A stretch of 64,000 bases of DNA. Origin: Octopus vulgaris. Its lineage: Eukaryota. This document shows positions 43,536 through 59,896 of the stretch, piece after piece; position 1 is the first letter of the stretch; every line of letters starts with the position of its first letter. The notes beneath the pieces were generated by a model. The model was not told where the DNA came from, ran no database searches, and was given only the letters and a program-made list of their open reading frames with translations. The position numbers were made by a program, and so were the translations under genes. The DNA is taken from contig OX597817.1 in the NCBI GenBank assembly GCA_951406725.2, forward strand, positions 20,274,001 through 20,338,000. The letters are read 5' to 3'.

Positions 43536-46500
43536 CTCTGATGAGAAGATATATATGTACTTATTTTCTGACCTTATATTTTACGAGGATAGAAATAGGT
43601 GTCCATTAATTAATCTTTATTATCCTGTTGATGAATTACAATCGAGTGAGATGTTAAGATGTCAGATTTCATTTGATTTGATTATGCCGCCATATTCTTT
43701 AACATTCACGTACAATGAGTGATTCAAACATATAAAACGAAAGGCTGCTACTAATGTACTTATTACATGTAAATATCATTTACGTTTCTTGTAAACTTCC
43801 GTGAAGAAGAGTTAACATTTTATGAAACATAAAATTTCTACACTGTAGCTAAATTTACATACAGACCACCTTTTATATGAATTTTTTTTTCTACGAGTTT
43901 TATATTATGGCAATAAAACCACTATTAGTATTTTAATATTTGAAATAAGATTGAAGAGGCATATATGTCAACGTGTATGTTCCAGCATGGCATAATATGC
44001 ACACCTTTAAAAGAATGTATTTGTTGAAGTATTTATTAAGGGAAATGTAATTAAATGTAATAAAATATTAACACGAAAAGAGACATAAGAAATGGTAAAC
44101 CTCCAGAATGATGACTTTCCACATATCTGTGATTGTCTGTGAAAACCTGTGTGATATCGAACGATATTGTGAGAAAGCAGTATAAGATGAGGATGCAAAC
44201 AATATATCAAGAGAGACAAGAGGTGATAAATAATGAGTTCATATATATTCTCTCAAACAAAAATATAATGAAGAACAAAAATACAAAATGTTTATATACG
44301 AATGCATTCTGATGGATGCAAATAATTTTTTAATTTATATGATAATACATATAGTTACCTCTGTTAAATCAGAAACTTTAATCAACCAGTGACGGGCTTG
44401 ACAATACTACAAACATGATGAGGTTGCATAACATTTACTTCCATATTTTTTACAGCAGTTTTTGATTACAGTTTCCAATGCATATTCACCCGCTTGTTTT
44501 CATATCATTAATATTGTTTTAAGTAATGTTTTATTTCTTCTTCGACAGATAATTGTATATCTAGCACTATTACAATATTTGCTGTTGTCTGCCTTTGCGT
44601 TTCATTTATATACACACTTTCCAGAAGAATAGCAAATGAAGAACCTGTGCTTATTAAGAAATGTCAATGAACAATATTGCCTGGGCCACTCAAAAATCAT
44701 ATTCTGTTATATTAAAGCACATCTCTCTCAATCTCTCTCGATCTGTCTCTCTCACTTTGCTCTTTAATATGATTGTTCATCAATGTGTGTGTAGAAATGT
44801 ATACGGTGCATATAATTATAAACGTATACGCTGATTCATCGAGTTATTTTCTATTTCATAGTTGCACGGTATAGAATGTTATTGTTTTATTGTAATTATC
44901 ATGTTTCATCCTTGATCATGATTTGTTTTCTTCGTATTATGGTTATGCTCTTACATGAGTAGATTTCTGACCGATGCCCTCATTATTATTAGTTTTTTTC
45001 TTGTGTTTGTATTTAGAGGTATTGTTCTTCCTCATGTAAGGATTTTATACTTTATCTTTATTTTGACTGGGGTTCATTTTGCTTTATTTTGTTTGTAATT
45101 TGGTTCTCACTTCAGTTGGATATTTGATTATTCTTTCTATTCAGTCTTATCCTTGATGTTTTTCGATAGATCATTTTCCAGAATATGCTGCACATATAAA
45201 TACATAATGAAGTAAAATATGTTAAACATAGTAAAAGAGAGGAGCAAATAACGAAAAGAAACGTTGGCTTATATATTATTATTATTATTTTGTAAAGAAT
45301 GGTCGAAAAATGGAAAATAAATAAAACGTCCATATTTTGTTTCAGCAATCTCCTTGAAATATAATCACTATGTCTTCAAAATCGGTAGCCTTTACGGAAT
45401 CAATCCAGCTACCCCATAATAATAGCATCTTGTCTTTTAGATTATTTCGAACAACCGAATGGATGTATATCTACAAGGAAACAGAATCATCACCGCTGCA
45501 ACAACACGGGTCATTGAAATTAACACTGAGATAAGTGTAGGTTTTCAGTTTGACAGAGACATTACACCAGTGAGTACTCTGTTCAGTGGACGTTGCCAAT
45601 AGAAACGTCTCTGTAGAAAGGGAGATGTAATTTGTTTTCTTTATTGGATTCGCTCTTCTATCGACGTTGTTGTCGTCGTCGTCGTCGTCATCATCATTAT
45701 TTTCATTTCCTTGCTCATCATTAGCAATATATTTCCTGACTACTTCCACCTCACCATCCTCTATGAAAATTCTAAGTGATACTTGAATCTTCTATCAACA
45801 ATATGTATTTTGCTTTTTGACAAACTACATTATTCAACATTTCGGTCTAGATAAATATTTAGATATGAATAATAATTAGATTATTAGTGTCATCAAAGAA
45901 TAGGTAAATATATTGTATTTATCAATAAATCATTTAAATTGATCAAATCATCCGCAATAATAAATAAAACATAAAACATAGTTGGGCGCACAAAATGTAG
46001 CCAAGATAAATATAATACATTAAAATTAAAGCGAACCAACAAGTGTATACAATAAATTATATAACCATCACTCATTCAAGTAATATAAGTCATACCACAT
46101 AGAGTCCTGAGAAATACCCCTCGCCCGCCAGCAAACAAATGCCACATACCCTTACACAATCGGTCACACGATAATATAACTCTCATCCAATTCTTAGCAT
46201 ATATGCTGCGATAGATATCGCGACGAGGCCAACAAAGGAAATGGTAAATGAATACGAAATCTGATCAATAATTATCCGGACTTTTGCGATAGCAACGAAG
46301 CTACACCACGCAGTGAGAAGCCTCTTGCCACAAGTTGACCTTGACCTCCGTTGAGCATGTGCAGTAAGTTTATAGTTCTGGCTCACTTCTGCTGTTTACA
46401 GTGTACGTATTTGTATGCGGCTCATCCACTACACTCCATACACTTTCTGCAAATTTGTGTAGGCCTCTGGGCAAGTATCGCCATGACAACTTTCTCTGTC

Positions 46501-46829
46501 GTGGTCAATGCGACGAACAAACATTAAACACGTTAATTCCAAACAGTGCTGTAAACAGCAAAAATGAGCAAAGACAGGAAATCTTAGTGCGCGTGGACAA
46601 CAAAGTTTAAGGTCAATCTGTGCCAAGCAGCTTAACCTTGCCTGCTTTAGTTTCGTTCCTATGGCAACAGTCCGGATATTTATTGATAGATCACGTATGG
46701 TGAATCTTTCTAGACTCAATGATATATTGCACTCTTTTCAACTCAAATTGCTGCAAATTTGTGCAAATTTGCACACAGTACCTATTCGGCCTTACCAGCT
46801 CATGATATGGTGACAGAACATTTATGAAG

Positions 46830-47084
<255 letters not shown>

Positions 47085-48842
47085 GTTCTCCAAATATTGG
47101 CATTATGTTAGAAATTTCGGGGTGGGGTGAGGCATAAATCAATTACACCGACCCTAGAGATCAAACGCTTCATATTTTATTGAATCTAAAAAGAATTTCA
47201 GCAGAGAAGGTAAGGATGGAAGAGATTCCGCTAGATGCCCGGCGTACCTGCTACTGAGCCAACTGAGGCTCTCATACTTAATCCTGTTTTCCAGTGTTCC
47301 AAAATAGTTGTATGCTTTTCCTATTCTGAAGTAATTCACTTTCACTTAGATACATTCCGGGATAGATGAATTTTCTATGCTTTATAAATAGCTTTTTACA
47401 TGCTTGAAACCGTATATAATTACATTTGCAATACTAAATATACATATCAGTCAGCTGTGTATTGCATTTGTCATCCCGCTTTACATCTATACAAAAATAT
47501 ATCCACTTTTCTCAATTTTCCCATGACTCAACATACTGGGCAATAGAGGGTTTTGAAAGGTGCTCCGAAAGAAGAAATTTAATTCTCTAGAGCTTGAAAT
47601 AATAACTGAAATTTGAAACTGTAAAAAACTGGGAGTTATGCTTCGGGAACCAACAATATAATACAATAAAACGATCTGACAACAAATCAATTTGAATAAC
47701 AATAGAATTTCTAAAGCTGTATATACATCAGCGGTTTCTTTGGCGATGGGAAATAATCAACAAAATTGCATCACAGCCGATTATTTTAATGACCCCAGAG
47801 AAATTTAAATTACATGCAAATTGTTTTTGTTGATGATGACGAGGACGACGACGACGACGATGATGATGATAGTGGTGGTTGTTGTTGTTGTGGTTGAGGT
47901 GTTGATGATACTCAACTTGGTATTCATGATCTCCGGCATTGTCATACTGCAGAAGTTTTCTCTTCATATATTATCCAACTGCAAAAATATATAATTAAAT
48001 AGCTTACATATAACTTACCACAACAGTAGAATATAAATATCGCAAAACTTTAGACGTTTTATTCATATCAAATTTGCTCTCAGGTATTTATTAATTCAAA
48101 TATTTCAATAAAATTATGTTTGTTTATAATTAGCGTCTATTGTTTCACGTTCGTAAGAAAATATCATTTGCCAATAATATAAATAATTCCAGATTGACGC
48201 TTCTCATATTTTACTTTCTTTCGAAAATAACAAATAAACTCGTTATTGTGTTGTACATTATTTATCAGCATTGAATTGTCTTCAGTGCAAATCTTACCGT
48301 TTTTGGTTCGGACTCTTTTTTTAGTACTGGACAACATCAAGGATTCGAAAACAACATGGCGAATATTTACACCACTATTAATTTGAATCGTGATAATATC
48401 CAGTTATATCGACTATAAATTCATGATTATAATATAATGTAACATAACGTAATATAATATAATGTGGCATAACGTAATATACAACATAACGTAATATAAC
48501 ATGATATAATATTATATTATCTATATAAACATCTGCTTCATCGCTCGTCCAATATATTAGTTAGTAAGAGAAGGGGGGGTTGAGTGAATGAGAGGTGGAG
48601 CAAGAGTGAGAGTGAGAAAGGGGAGGAGTGACGAAAGAAAAGATTTGCAAAAAGGGGATTGAAATTGATACACTCAGTGCCAAAACGTCACATGGTCAGC
48701 TGAAGCTAGAGGCGAAGAACGAGGGAGAGAGAGTTGCTAACGATGTGTGGTGGGCCGGGGAATGAATACTTATTATGTGGTTAAAAATTTAGCTGAAGAG
48801 AAAGGTAAATATAGAGAGATGGACATGCGAAGCAATTATTTT

Positions 48843-48874
<32 letters not shown>

Positions 48875-49572
48875 ACAGAGGGGTCTGATAGATGTGGTGG
48901 TGGCGAGATGATAATGAATTTTTTTTTCAAATTAAATTACTCATACGCATAAATGGAATTATTTATCCTCTGCTCATTTTAAAAGAATGATATTTCTTTG
49001 TAAGGGTTAATTTAACCGAACCTCTGGATTCGCAAGCAACACGGTCGCATGTTGCCTGAGAATAGAATGCGCAGATACAGTGCATGGATCAGGGAGGAAC
49101 TGCGAGAAAATATGGTAAGGAGAAGAAAAAGAAAACATTTATGGAGGTGTGAGGAACTGAATGCAGACGAACGCCAAGAATATTTAAAGAAAGCTAAAGA
49201 ATGAATGCTATAAAAATTCAAATCATCTTTTCTTTCTTAAGTAGGTCCTCTTCATTTTTTCCATTCCATGGAATTTCCACGAGACCCACATATATTATAT
49301 TATATTGTAATATATTACATAATATGGAATATCAGATAATGTACGTAAGCAACACTCCAAAGTAGCAAGAGGCTAACTGGCTAGAATGAATAATGGAATT
49401 GAGTTATACTTTAGTACTAGTTAGAGCTTCTCCCTACGATCAACATTGAACGATCATATCTATGGCGTTTGTGTATTATATTTTCGTGCCATTCTATATA
49501 CAATATAACCATTACCTGCTATTGTACTGCATCCTGTTATACCACATTTGATTTATCTTATTTCCATTGTAC

Positions 49573-50480
49573 TATCAGACGGAATAAAAATTAAACAACG
49601 TTTTGAAAGATGAAATTCATCACAATATATTTCAACAAAGCGGGAATTTTTTTTGTCAAAGTAAGAAGCATTGTTATCATCACATTTTTGCAAACGAATT
49701 ACAATTTTGCTAATTCCGGTAATACAAAAATATAGAGTTCTGGAGCTGATGAACTCTTTGAACGCACTTTTAGCATCGGTTTGATTTTTGAACTCCTTCT
49801 GTCACAGGAAACCATCAAGGTGCTTGAAAAATTTGTAGTGAGCAGGTGAAAGGTCTGGGGGAATAAGCTAGTTGGGGAAGAACTTCGTAGCCAAGTTACC
49901 TCAACTTCTGGAGCGTCATTAGTGAAACGTGTGGTCGAGCATTGTCATGAAGAATGATGAGCCCTCTTTTGTTGACCAGTCTGGGACGGGGGAGCAGAAG
50001 TTTTTCGTTCATTTTGGAAATTTCATGGCAATATATTTCTGTAGTAGTGGTTTTTCTGGGTATTAAGAAGTTACAGAGGATGTGTCCAGCAGCACAACAC
50101 GAAACAGATTCCATAACCTTATTTTTGAAGAGCTCGGGTTTAGGGAAGATTTTCGGTGCATCATTCTGGTCCAACTACTGCGAAGAACGCTTTTTTTTGT
50201 AATTGTACAGCATCCGCTTTTCAACGCAAGTTACGTTACGGTCGAGAAATGGATCGTTCTCGTTACGGAGAGGAAGAGACGAGAAAATATTATACCTGCA
50301 CATTTTGTGATTTTCATTTACATCATATGGTACCCATTTGTCGAGCTTTTTCATTTTCCGATCGCATGCAAATGGATGTAGGCAGTTTTCTGGTTAGCCT
50401 GAAGTTCTTTTACCAGTTCTAGAGTGGTTTTACGAGGACCTTTCTGAATGGCGTTCTTTAACTGACCGTCATCGATGGTA
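49573..50480 (-). mobile_element. mariner transposase pseudogene
   Basis: KWVPY near 50330, ILHDNARPH, and YSPDLSP-like motif near 49850. Stops and frameshifts throughout. Confidence 0.9.
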
Positions 50481-51000
50481 TTTATCTCTCCATGAAACAT
50501 TACTATTAGTAATGAATTTATAAGTTAATGTGAATCCTGTATTTTCACTTAACCCCATAACTCTAGATGGATTGTATCATAAGATAAAAGGAACTATCTC
50601 TTTCTGAATTGTGGAGAGAAGCCTTTCGGCTGTCTGCTCTCTCCCAACCATACTATCTGACCCACTTCAAGACGTTGTATCTTAAAACACCTTTCCCACA
50701 TATGTTTTAGTGCCGTGAACTCCTACAAAACCACTTTAATTTGATATGTTTTGATTTGGCAAACTCGTTTTACGGGCAATGTTGATTGTGTAACCATGAC
50801 ATAAGCACATGTCGTTGTTTTAAAATTATTTCTAAGTGTCCTGAATTGTTAGTTCGTGTAGTCATCTCAAGAAGACGATTTTTATAATGATATAATGTAC
50901 TAATTAAGGAATTAAAGATTTCGTTGGAAACAGGTCGAATGAATTGACACCTATCCATCTTTATTTTACACACAAACACACACACACACACACATATGTA

Positions 51001-51106
51001 AAGATCGTAGGCTCGAAACGCAAACGACATTCTCACTTTCCCGAGCCTCAAACTAATAAATCTGCTTATTGTTCATACAACAATCTTTTGTTTTTCTGTA
51101 AATTTC

Positions 51107-51110
<4 letters not shown>
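51001..51110 (+). mobile_element. solo PLE terminal fragment between (CA)n runs
   Basis: Homologous to the reverse complement of 9889-10003. Retains GTAG-GCTC-GAAACG. Confidence 0.65.
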
Positions 51111-51147
<37 letters not shown>

Positions 51148-51424
51148 TACATGTATATATATATATATATTAATCAATATAAGGGTAGCAACAAAACAAA
51201 ATTCAAGAAAAATTCAAGAAAAAGTTTCTGCAACCAGCGGTCAAGTGAGAAAGTAGAAATACTCACAGACTATATAATATATTCAACAATAGTATTAAGG
51301 AATGACCCTGACAGGCCGTTCAACTCACTTGAAAGAGCAGCTAAACTCAAACCGCAAAATAGTAGTAATTCTGAAACTAAAGGAGAAATAAAAACATTTA
51401 TCCCCTTCAACTTTGCATTGTTGA

Positions 51425-51456
<32 letters not shown>

Positions 51457-51507
51457 ATATATGTATTCACACACACACACACACACACATACAGTGCATA
51501 CAGTCTA

Positions 51508-51546
<39 letters not shown>

Positions 51547-52140
51547 GTCATCGTCATAACATATGCTCAAATCCAAACTGGATGGAAAATGGTCATCACC
51601 AACAGTGACAAATTGCATAACCTGAGTCATTCTTCCCTGTGAACAAGAGTCTTTATTGTTTGCGCGCTGGAACGTACGGAATTAATTACAATTTACGGGG
51701 CTATATTGAACAGCTTTATATAATACAAATATGAAATATAAATTACGAAGTTGTAGTAACACATTAAATAACTATTTAAGAAGAAAAGACAAATAAAGCA
51801 TAGAATGTTAGCAGGTGATTCGCTTACGGTCAGAAGACATATACTTCTGTTCATATTCCAAGAAGTAAAATGGTTGGATTATACACAGCATCGCACCAGC
51901 AAACACACACTCACGCACACTACACAAGCGCACACATTCATTGACAAACACACATGCACGTACAGTTAACTGATTTATAAATGCTCATTGAAGATGAATC
52001 CGCATGCATGCATATTCTGCTATGGAAACAAGATAATTGTAAGCTATCTGCCAAATGATGATTTCAATAATTAACTGTAACAAATTGACAAAAATTTAAA
52101 TTCTTGTGTGCAACAGTAATGGTATGGAAAATATCAGAAT

Positions 52141-52526
52141 GTGGAGGCTCAATGGCCCAGTGGTTAGGGCAGCGGACTCGCGATCGTAGGATCGCGGTTT
52201 CGATTTCCAGACCGGGCGTTGCGAGTGTTTATTGAGCGAAAACACCTAAATCTCCACGAGGCTCCGGCAGGGGATGGTGGTGATCCCTGCTGTACTCTTT
52301 CACCACAACTTTCTCTCACTCTTACTTCCTGTTTCTGTTGTACCTGTATTTCAAAGGGCCGGCCTTGTCACTCTCTGTGTCATGCTGAATATCCCCGAGA
52401 ACTACGTTAAGGGTACACGTGTCTGTGGAGTGCACAGCCAGTTACACGTTAATTTCACGAGCAGGCTGTTCCGTTGATCGGATCAACCGGAACCCTCGTC
52501 GTCGTAACCGACGGAGTGCTTCCATC
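52141..52526 (+). mobile_element. SINE family C with 11-bp TSD
   Basis: AATATCAGAAT at 52130-52140 and 52527-52537. Confidence 0.93.
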
Positions 52527-52751
52527 AATATCAGAATAATTACACTGTAAATTTAAAGAAATTTATTCATTTCATATATCAGGTTTCAGTCACTGGACAT
52601 TCACGATGAGCATGTTATTAATATATATTTCATATATTGCTAATTTTTTCATCACTACCACTATCTTTTGTATGGCAACGAAACGAAGGCAATGTGACTG
52701 AACATACATAAGTTAGTAATAAAAAATTGTACTGAAATATTAGACAATATT

Positions 52752-53157
52752 AGGCGCAGGAGTGGCTGTGTGGTAAGTAGCTTGCTAACCAACCACATGG
52801 TTCCAGGTTCAGTCCCACTGCGTGGCATCTTGGGCAAGTGTCTTCTGCTATAGCCCCTGGCCGACCAATGCCTTGTGAGTGGATTTGGTAGACGGAAACT
52901 GAAAGAAGACTGTCGTATATATGTATATATATATATATATAGGTATGTGTGTGGTTGTGTGTCTGTGTTTGTCTCCCTAGCATTGCTTCACAACCGATGC
53001 TGGTGTGTTTACGTCCCCGCCACTTAGCGGATCGGCAAAAGAGACGATAGAATAAGTACTGGGCTTACAAAAGAATAAGACCCGGGGTCGATTTGATCGA
53101 CTAAAGTCGATGCTCCAGCATGGCCGCAGGTAAAATGACTGAAACAGGTAAAAGATA
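52752..53157 (+). mobile_element. SINE family A, full length
   Basis: Head, internal (TA)/(TG) tract and tail as in the other copies. Confidence 0.9.
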
Positions 53158-53768
53158 GTAATATATTCAAATGTTTCTAAATATTAATAATTGAGGAATA
53201 ATATATCTAGAACATATAAAAAAATGTAATTAGTAATGTTGATAATGCATGCTACGTATTAAAAGTCAAATCATGATTAATATGCTTAAGGTATTAATCA
53301 TTATTAAGATAATTAGAAATACATGTGCAATTAAAGAAAGCCGATATTATTCTATAGCATTTATTCATTTGATTACAGAGTTAATCACATTTCAGTAAAA
53401 TGAAACTTAAATTTTGAAGCAAGTATTTCACCGTACTTCAGATTTACGGAAGTCAGTTCTGAACAGAAGAGCAGAATCAAATTTAGAACAGATTAATCGT
53501 TATAAGTAGATCGAAATTTTCACTGGCATGTTATTGTGAATATGGTCCTTGTTTTCGTCGTCATATTGACATTCGTCCTCATTGTCGTTTTTGTGTCATC
53601 TTCATCGTCATCCTCATCCTCCTCATCATCATCATCATCATCATCATTGGAATTCCATAGCTTCATTATCATCTCCTGTTATTGGGTTTCACTCATGCGC
53701 ACATCTAACTACCTACCTACCTACCTACCTACCTACCTACCTACCTACCTACCTACCTACATATCTAC

Positions 53769-53819
<51 letters not shown>

Positions 53820-53840
53820 CCTACCTACCTACCTACCTAC

Positions 53841-53893
<53 letters not shown>

Positions 53894-53894
<1 letters not shown>

Positions 53895-54060
53895 GTGATA
53901 CATGATCCCTATTGATCATTTTCTTTTTTTCTTTTGTTATTTTTCTTTCCGTTTTACGATCCCTTTTGATCGAAAACCTACCCCACTTCCCTCCCCTCAG
54001 CTCTACTTTGTAATTTGTCCCGTCTGTGTTCAGCTCTGTGTCGCTAATAAAGAAAGATAT
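53894..54060 (+). mobile_element. Tx1 family 3'-UTR fragment inside (TATC)n
   Basis: Matches 6646-6955 (TGTGATAC.GATCCCTATTGATC; CGATCCCTTTTGATCGAAAACCTAC; AATAAAGAAA). TATC repeats on both sides. Confidence 0.85.
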
Positions 54061-56124
54061 CTATCTATCATAAAAGCGCCAAGATAATTGGTATTTTACA
54101 GAAAAACTAAGTAAATCTCGAACGCAAAATAGTTGTAGGTATCCTCAGAATACGGTAAAAAATAGCCAGTAGATAGTTAAAGGGAATCGAGCCCTCTATT
54201 TCTTAGATACTGGTTGAGCACAGTGAATCATTAAGTTAAGCGGCTCTTGAAAACAAGTACCCTCTATAATAACGTTAAATAATAGCATTTCAAATATGAG
54301 AACATTTAGAGACGCCGATATTTTATAGAATATAAAGTGTAACTCTAACATAGAATATCAGTCGGTATCTGAGAGGTATATGTTTCGATTTCCTATAGCC
54401 GCCCTTCGCTACTTATTCTGCTTTCTAAGTTTATTTACCCATTCTTGTAAGCTGGTTTATTGATTTTTTTTTGTAAAATACCAAATCACTCGGCGCTTCT
54501 AAATTCATTTATAAAAATGTTCTTATATTCCTACTGCTATTATTTAGCGTTATAATAGACGTTAAATGTTGTCCAGGGGCCGCTTCCCTAGATGACACAG
54601 CCGGTATCTGAGAGGTAGTTTGTTAGAATCTCTGTATCTGAATGGTAGTTAGAAGTTATTGAAAATGTTGAATAAGAAATCAGCTTTTTAAATAGATTTA
54701 TTTAAAAAAAAATATATAAGGTAGGGTTCTCAGGGCTGTTTCCTAAAATTTCAAGTAGGATTTCGTTGCTTTCAATAAACGGAGGGTTCTCAAGCATGGC
54801 GTAATTTCAGGGATCCAAGCATTTTAAAAATATAAAATAAATTAAGATTATTGAATTTCAACAATAAACCATCAAATAATTCAGTTCGAAAATTATAGCT
54901 GTTGACCTCCGCAAAGAAATTCATGACAATTAATTCATTATCAACAGTAGTTTGAGAAGCATGGTTCAGAATAGAAGCAAAACAACTAACACCTTCATAG
55001 AATCATTAGACTTCTGCTTCACCTTTGAATAGAAAAGTCTCTTCCCTTCGCATAATCGCCTACCCACAACCGAAACTGTTCAGTATAAAGCAAAACTTGA
55101 GCTTTTCGGCAGAGGTTTGCTACAATTTCCGAGGGTGCACATGGAAACAACTTCATCTGCAAGAAATATATGCATAATTATTTTTGCTCACTATATAGCA
55201 CAAGGCTTGCAGTAGCATGACTGCGGTTGAATGACTGAAACAAGTAAAAGATACGTGACAATTAGAAGGAAGATTAATCCGATTTAGTGATTACTTGAAA
55301 TTTTCTCTAAAGGCCGAGTCATATATAACGGAAAGCATCCGAAATTAGGTCTAATACCGTATAATCTTTCGAACAATATGGAAAGAAGCCTTAAAAAGTA
55401 ACTTATATTTAATTTGAACAGATGACGTTTTCCTTCCAGCCTTAACAGTAAGTAACGCTTTTCTTTTTCGTATAATCATTTACACCAATCAACTAAGAAG
55501 ACCATTGTAACATATGAAGCTATTATCATACACTGCATCTCTCTTAAATAATTTCCTTTACTTTTGGATGTCGAATGTCTGTAGATATGAGAGTTTTTTT
55601 TTTTTAGTTCTCTCTTCTGCTTAATATCAGACTTCACGTGTTCGATATTAGATATCCAATTATGTACACTGCAAGGAATAATTTACAAGGCAACCCTTTT
55701 CTTCACTTAATAAATGTCTCATCTCCTGAATATTCTCCACGTAACCTGTAGTTATGTTCCAGCAAATTGGTATTAAATAACTTGTAGTAAACCAGAAAGC
55801 ATTGATGCACAAGTCATTTCTACGAAGTAGCAAACGTGTGCGGCAGATTTCCATGTTGCATCAATCATAGGAGTATACAACATTAGAAATATATTGTCGT
55901 TCAAGATGGAGTAAAATAAAACTATAAATACACGCTTTGAGCGTAAATATAGGATAACTGAGAAGCAGATTATATAGTAGGAGCAGGCCTCTCGTAAGGA
56001 GTTGGAACACCTGCGTGAAAGTAGGATTATATTTTCCCATCAGTGTACTCGGTATTCAATGTGATATTACCGCAGAAAAATGGAAGGTAGGAATAAAACA
56101 GACTAGTTATTTAAAAACAAATTT

Positions 56125-56535
56125 CTATTGCCCACAAGGGGCTAAACATAGAGGGGACAAACAAGAACAGACAAAGGGACTAAGTCGATTTCATCGACCT
56201 CAGTGCGTAACTGGTAATTAATTTATTGACCCCGAAAGGATGAAATACAAAGCCGACCTCGGCAGAATTTGAACTCAGAACGTAGCGGCAGACGAAATAC
56301 TTATTTCTTTACTACCCACAAAGGGCTAAACACAGAGGGGACAAACAAGGACAGAGAAACGGAATAAGTCGATTACATCGACACCAGTGTGCAACTGGTA
56401 CTTAATTTATCGACCCCGAAAGGATGAAATGCAAAGCCGACCTCGGCAGAATTTGAACTCAGAACGTAGCGGCAGACGAATTACCGCTAAGCATTTCGCC
56501 CGGCATGCTAACGTTTCAGCTAATTCGCCGCCTTT
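56125..56535 (-). mobile_element. SINE family B with tandemly duplicated 3' ~180 bp
   Basis: Reverse complement of the 2111 family. 56125-56300 repeats 56303-56482. Confidence 0.88.
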
Positions 56536-57912
56536 TACAGACTAGTTACTTCTAATATAGCATTACTGATCAGATGAAATTTTGTAGAAGCACGAGTTGA
56601 TGAGTACTGAAAAGAGAAAGAAACATAATATACATGTATTATAATGGATGGTGTGTGTAATTACAGTTCATATTGTGACAATATACGACAAATCTTAGAA
56701 AGTAGGGTGAATAATCATCTTGAAATGTTTCGAGAATTTTTGGTATGGGAAAATAGGCATTTTCTGTGAAAATGGAAATCTCAGTTTCTAAGTTGAAGCT
56801 TAATAAATAGCCAAATAGGGAAAAAAAACTTATAAAAGTTTACATTTCACTTTAAAAGAACATTATGTGACAGAATGTTGCTGTGTTTCTTACAGTTACA
56901 CGAGTGAGAATATAGTTCGGTTGGATTAAATAACAAGTGCATGAGTTTACATTTCAATTTATACTCCAGGAGAACAAAATCATAAAATAGATGACATATC
57001 ATACTTTCAAAAAACGGTCGGTCTCTGTAACCTGAACTCCTTGCTTCAAACGTTTGTTTGATTTGTTTATAACTAAAAACACGTGCATTCCTTAGAACAT
57101 AGCCTGCATTTCCCTTGCAATCATTGGCTTCTGACATCAGTGCGAGTTATCTCCTTCTGAATGATATACATATGGACAGCTATCTAAACCTGCGATGTGC
57201 AGAATTATATCATGGAATGAATTTGATCGTGTGACTGTTTAATCAATAGCGCCATTACTAATTTACGTTCAATGCTATGCATTACTATAATTACAACTCA
57301 TATGCGTAGACAATTCTGCAATTAGTGAAGGATTAATTATATTCTCACACTGTAAAAGAACGGAAAGGTTTTATGAAGTTTTAATTATGGTATGTACGTG
57401 GAAATTCACGAGAGACGTAAATAATTGTAGGATCTGAAAAACTGAATGACACCAAGAAACATTCATAAGTTAGCAATAACATACGCATGCACACACACAC
57501 AGGCACATAGAAACAAGCAAGTACATATATATTCACAGTTTATGCAGTGTCTACCGAAGCTGGGATATTTACGTCTGTAGTTTGCAGGTTTTACAAGAGT
57601 GTGCTTCGGAGTATGTTGAGTGTTTAAGAAAAAAATGATATAAATAAAGACATTAGGGAGTGTGGAACGGATTGCGGGATTTATTAACTCTACTCGTATT
57701 TACCTTGTAAATGGAGTTAATTTAAATTATCGGTACAAGGTTGAATTATTGGTGTTGATCTTCTAGTGGTTTGAAGGACATCAGTTAATTGATATTACTA
57801 GAGAGAGTTTAAAATTTGGGGATAGGTCATTGCAGTAGCAGACAGGTCAAATGTCTACAAGTCTAAGTTTAGACACTTCTGTGTATTGGTGATGTAACTC
57901 CAAGTTTGCAAC

Positions 57913-58282
<370 letters not shown>

Positions 58283-58426
58283 AATATATATATATATGTA
58301 TATATATATATATGCAGAGAGATAGAGATAGAGATAGAAAGAGTGAGAGCGAAAGAGAGAGAAATAGGTTGATAGGCAGGTAGACACACACGTATATATA
58401 TGAAAATAACAGCATTTCTAGCAACT

Positions 58427-58462
<36 letters not shown>

Positions 58463-59829
58463 AAATAACATAAAATGACACAATTTGTTAGTTAATATAC
58501 ACCTGCTCACACAGATATTACATTGTCAATGTGTCCGTTGCATACCCACACCCACGTTCACGTATTCTCTGCAATTTAAGATTTATTTCGAAAAGTAAAT
58601 CATTGCTAAATATTTAATACGGAAATAATTCATTTCAACTCACAATCTTCTCATTCTTATTATACATACTTCCTCTCTTCATTTCATACAACCGCGCACA
58701 TATTCCTACTGAAAACACACGCAGACACACAAAGCAACATATATACTATATGCAGGGATCCACGCATATATAAAGAGGCATACTTCTATACAGACCTTTA
58801 TTTACATGATTGATTGAGTGGAAATTCTTGTTCGATATCATTTTCAAAACCTCAAGTTGATTTCCTATAGCCAGGGATCTTCAAGTGAATAAAAACATTC
58901 TTTAATTGAATGACACTTAATTCTGTAGTCATGATTGATCGTTCAGTTTACGGTCTGACCTCTCTTTTATTTCCTGTTATGTATATACGCATTGTAATCT
59001 GATATGGCGTTAGCTGTCACATCCTTTTGTTTTATTCATTCAGTTTGATTCTTGAATAAACCCTGCAGCATTGCCCCCATCCCTCTTCTTCTAAAATCTC
59101 TTCTGTCTCACCGATTTATTTCTCACGTTCATTCTACCAGTTTATTATTATGTTCCTCCTTCCGCCTGCCAATCTCCTCAGCTCTCCTTCTTGCTTGTAG
59201 TTGCATTGGAAGAATCATTTCTCAAGGCATCTCTCATCAACCTCAACGAAAATCTCTTTCTTAATCCCCCCTCTCTCTCTCTCAATCTCTACTTCTCTTT
59301 GCTTTAATGATATTGTGTCACTGATCTTAATACCTGCACGGAGAATGCATCAGTCTATCTGAATGAATAGCTGAGTGTGTATGCGGATAAAAAAAAAACA
59401 TGCACAATTCATTTTGAAGTCATCACCGTAAACAAAAGCTGATGACATATCGTAACAATTCTCTGCGAATGAGATTTGCAGAAAAAAAAATGTTCTTTTG
59501 CTGCATTATTAGAATCCCGCAAAACGACAGAGACAATGCAAATATGAATACTGTTAAAGGACGCAAATATTTTCTCTGTGTCTTTAGCTTCCATCGAGTA
59601 AACTAGTTATCTGGCTTCGGTCACAATAGATATGCAGTATTACTTAAAACACATGTATCAGTTTCCGAAAGGCAGTTTCCATGTGTTTTATGCTAATATT
59701 TTTATATCATTAAATGAACAAAAGAACTGCGCTACCTGAAACGAAGCGCACCCATGTGCATCTGTGAACTGTGAATGTATCTATGTACGTATGTTCATCT
59801 CTCTCTCTCTATTTCTCTCTCTCTCTCCC

Positions 59830-59866
<37 letters not shown>

Positions 59867-59896
59867 CTGTGTGTGTGTGTGTGCCCGCGTGTGTGT

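Noticed and set aside
45471-45749. 92-aa ORF with an acidic run
   Set aside because: The run comes from GAC/GAT repeats and no domain is recognised.
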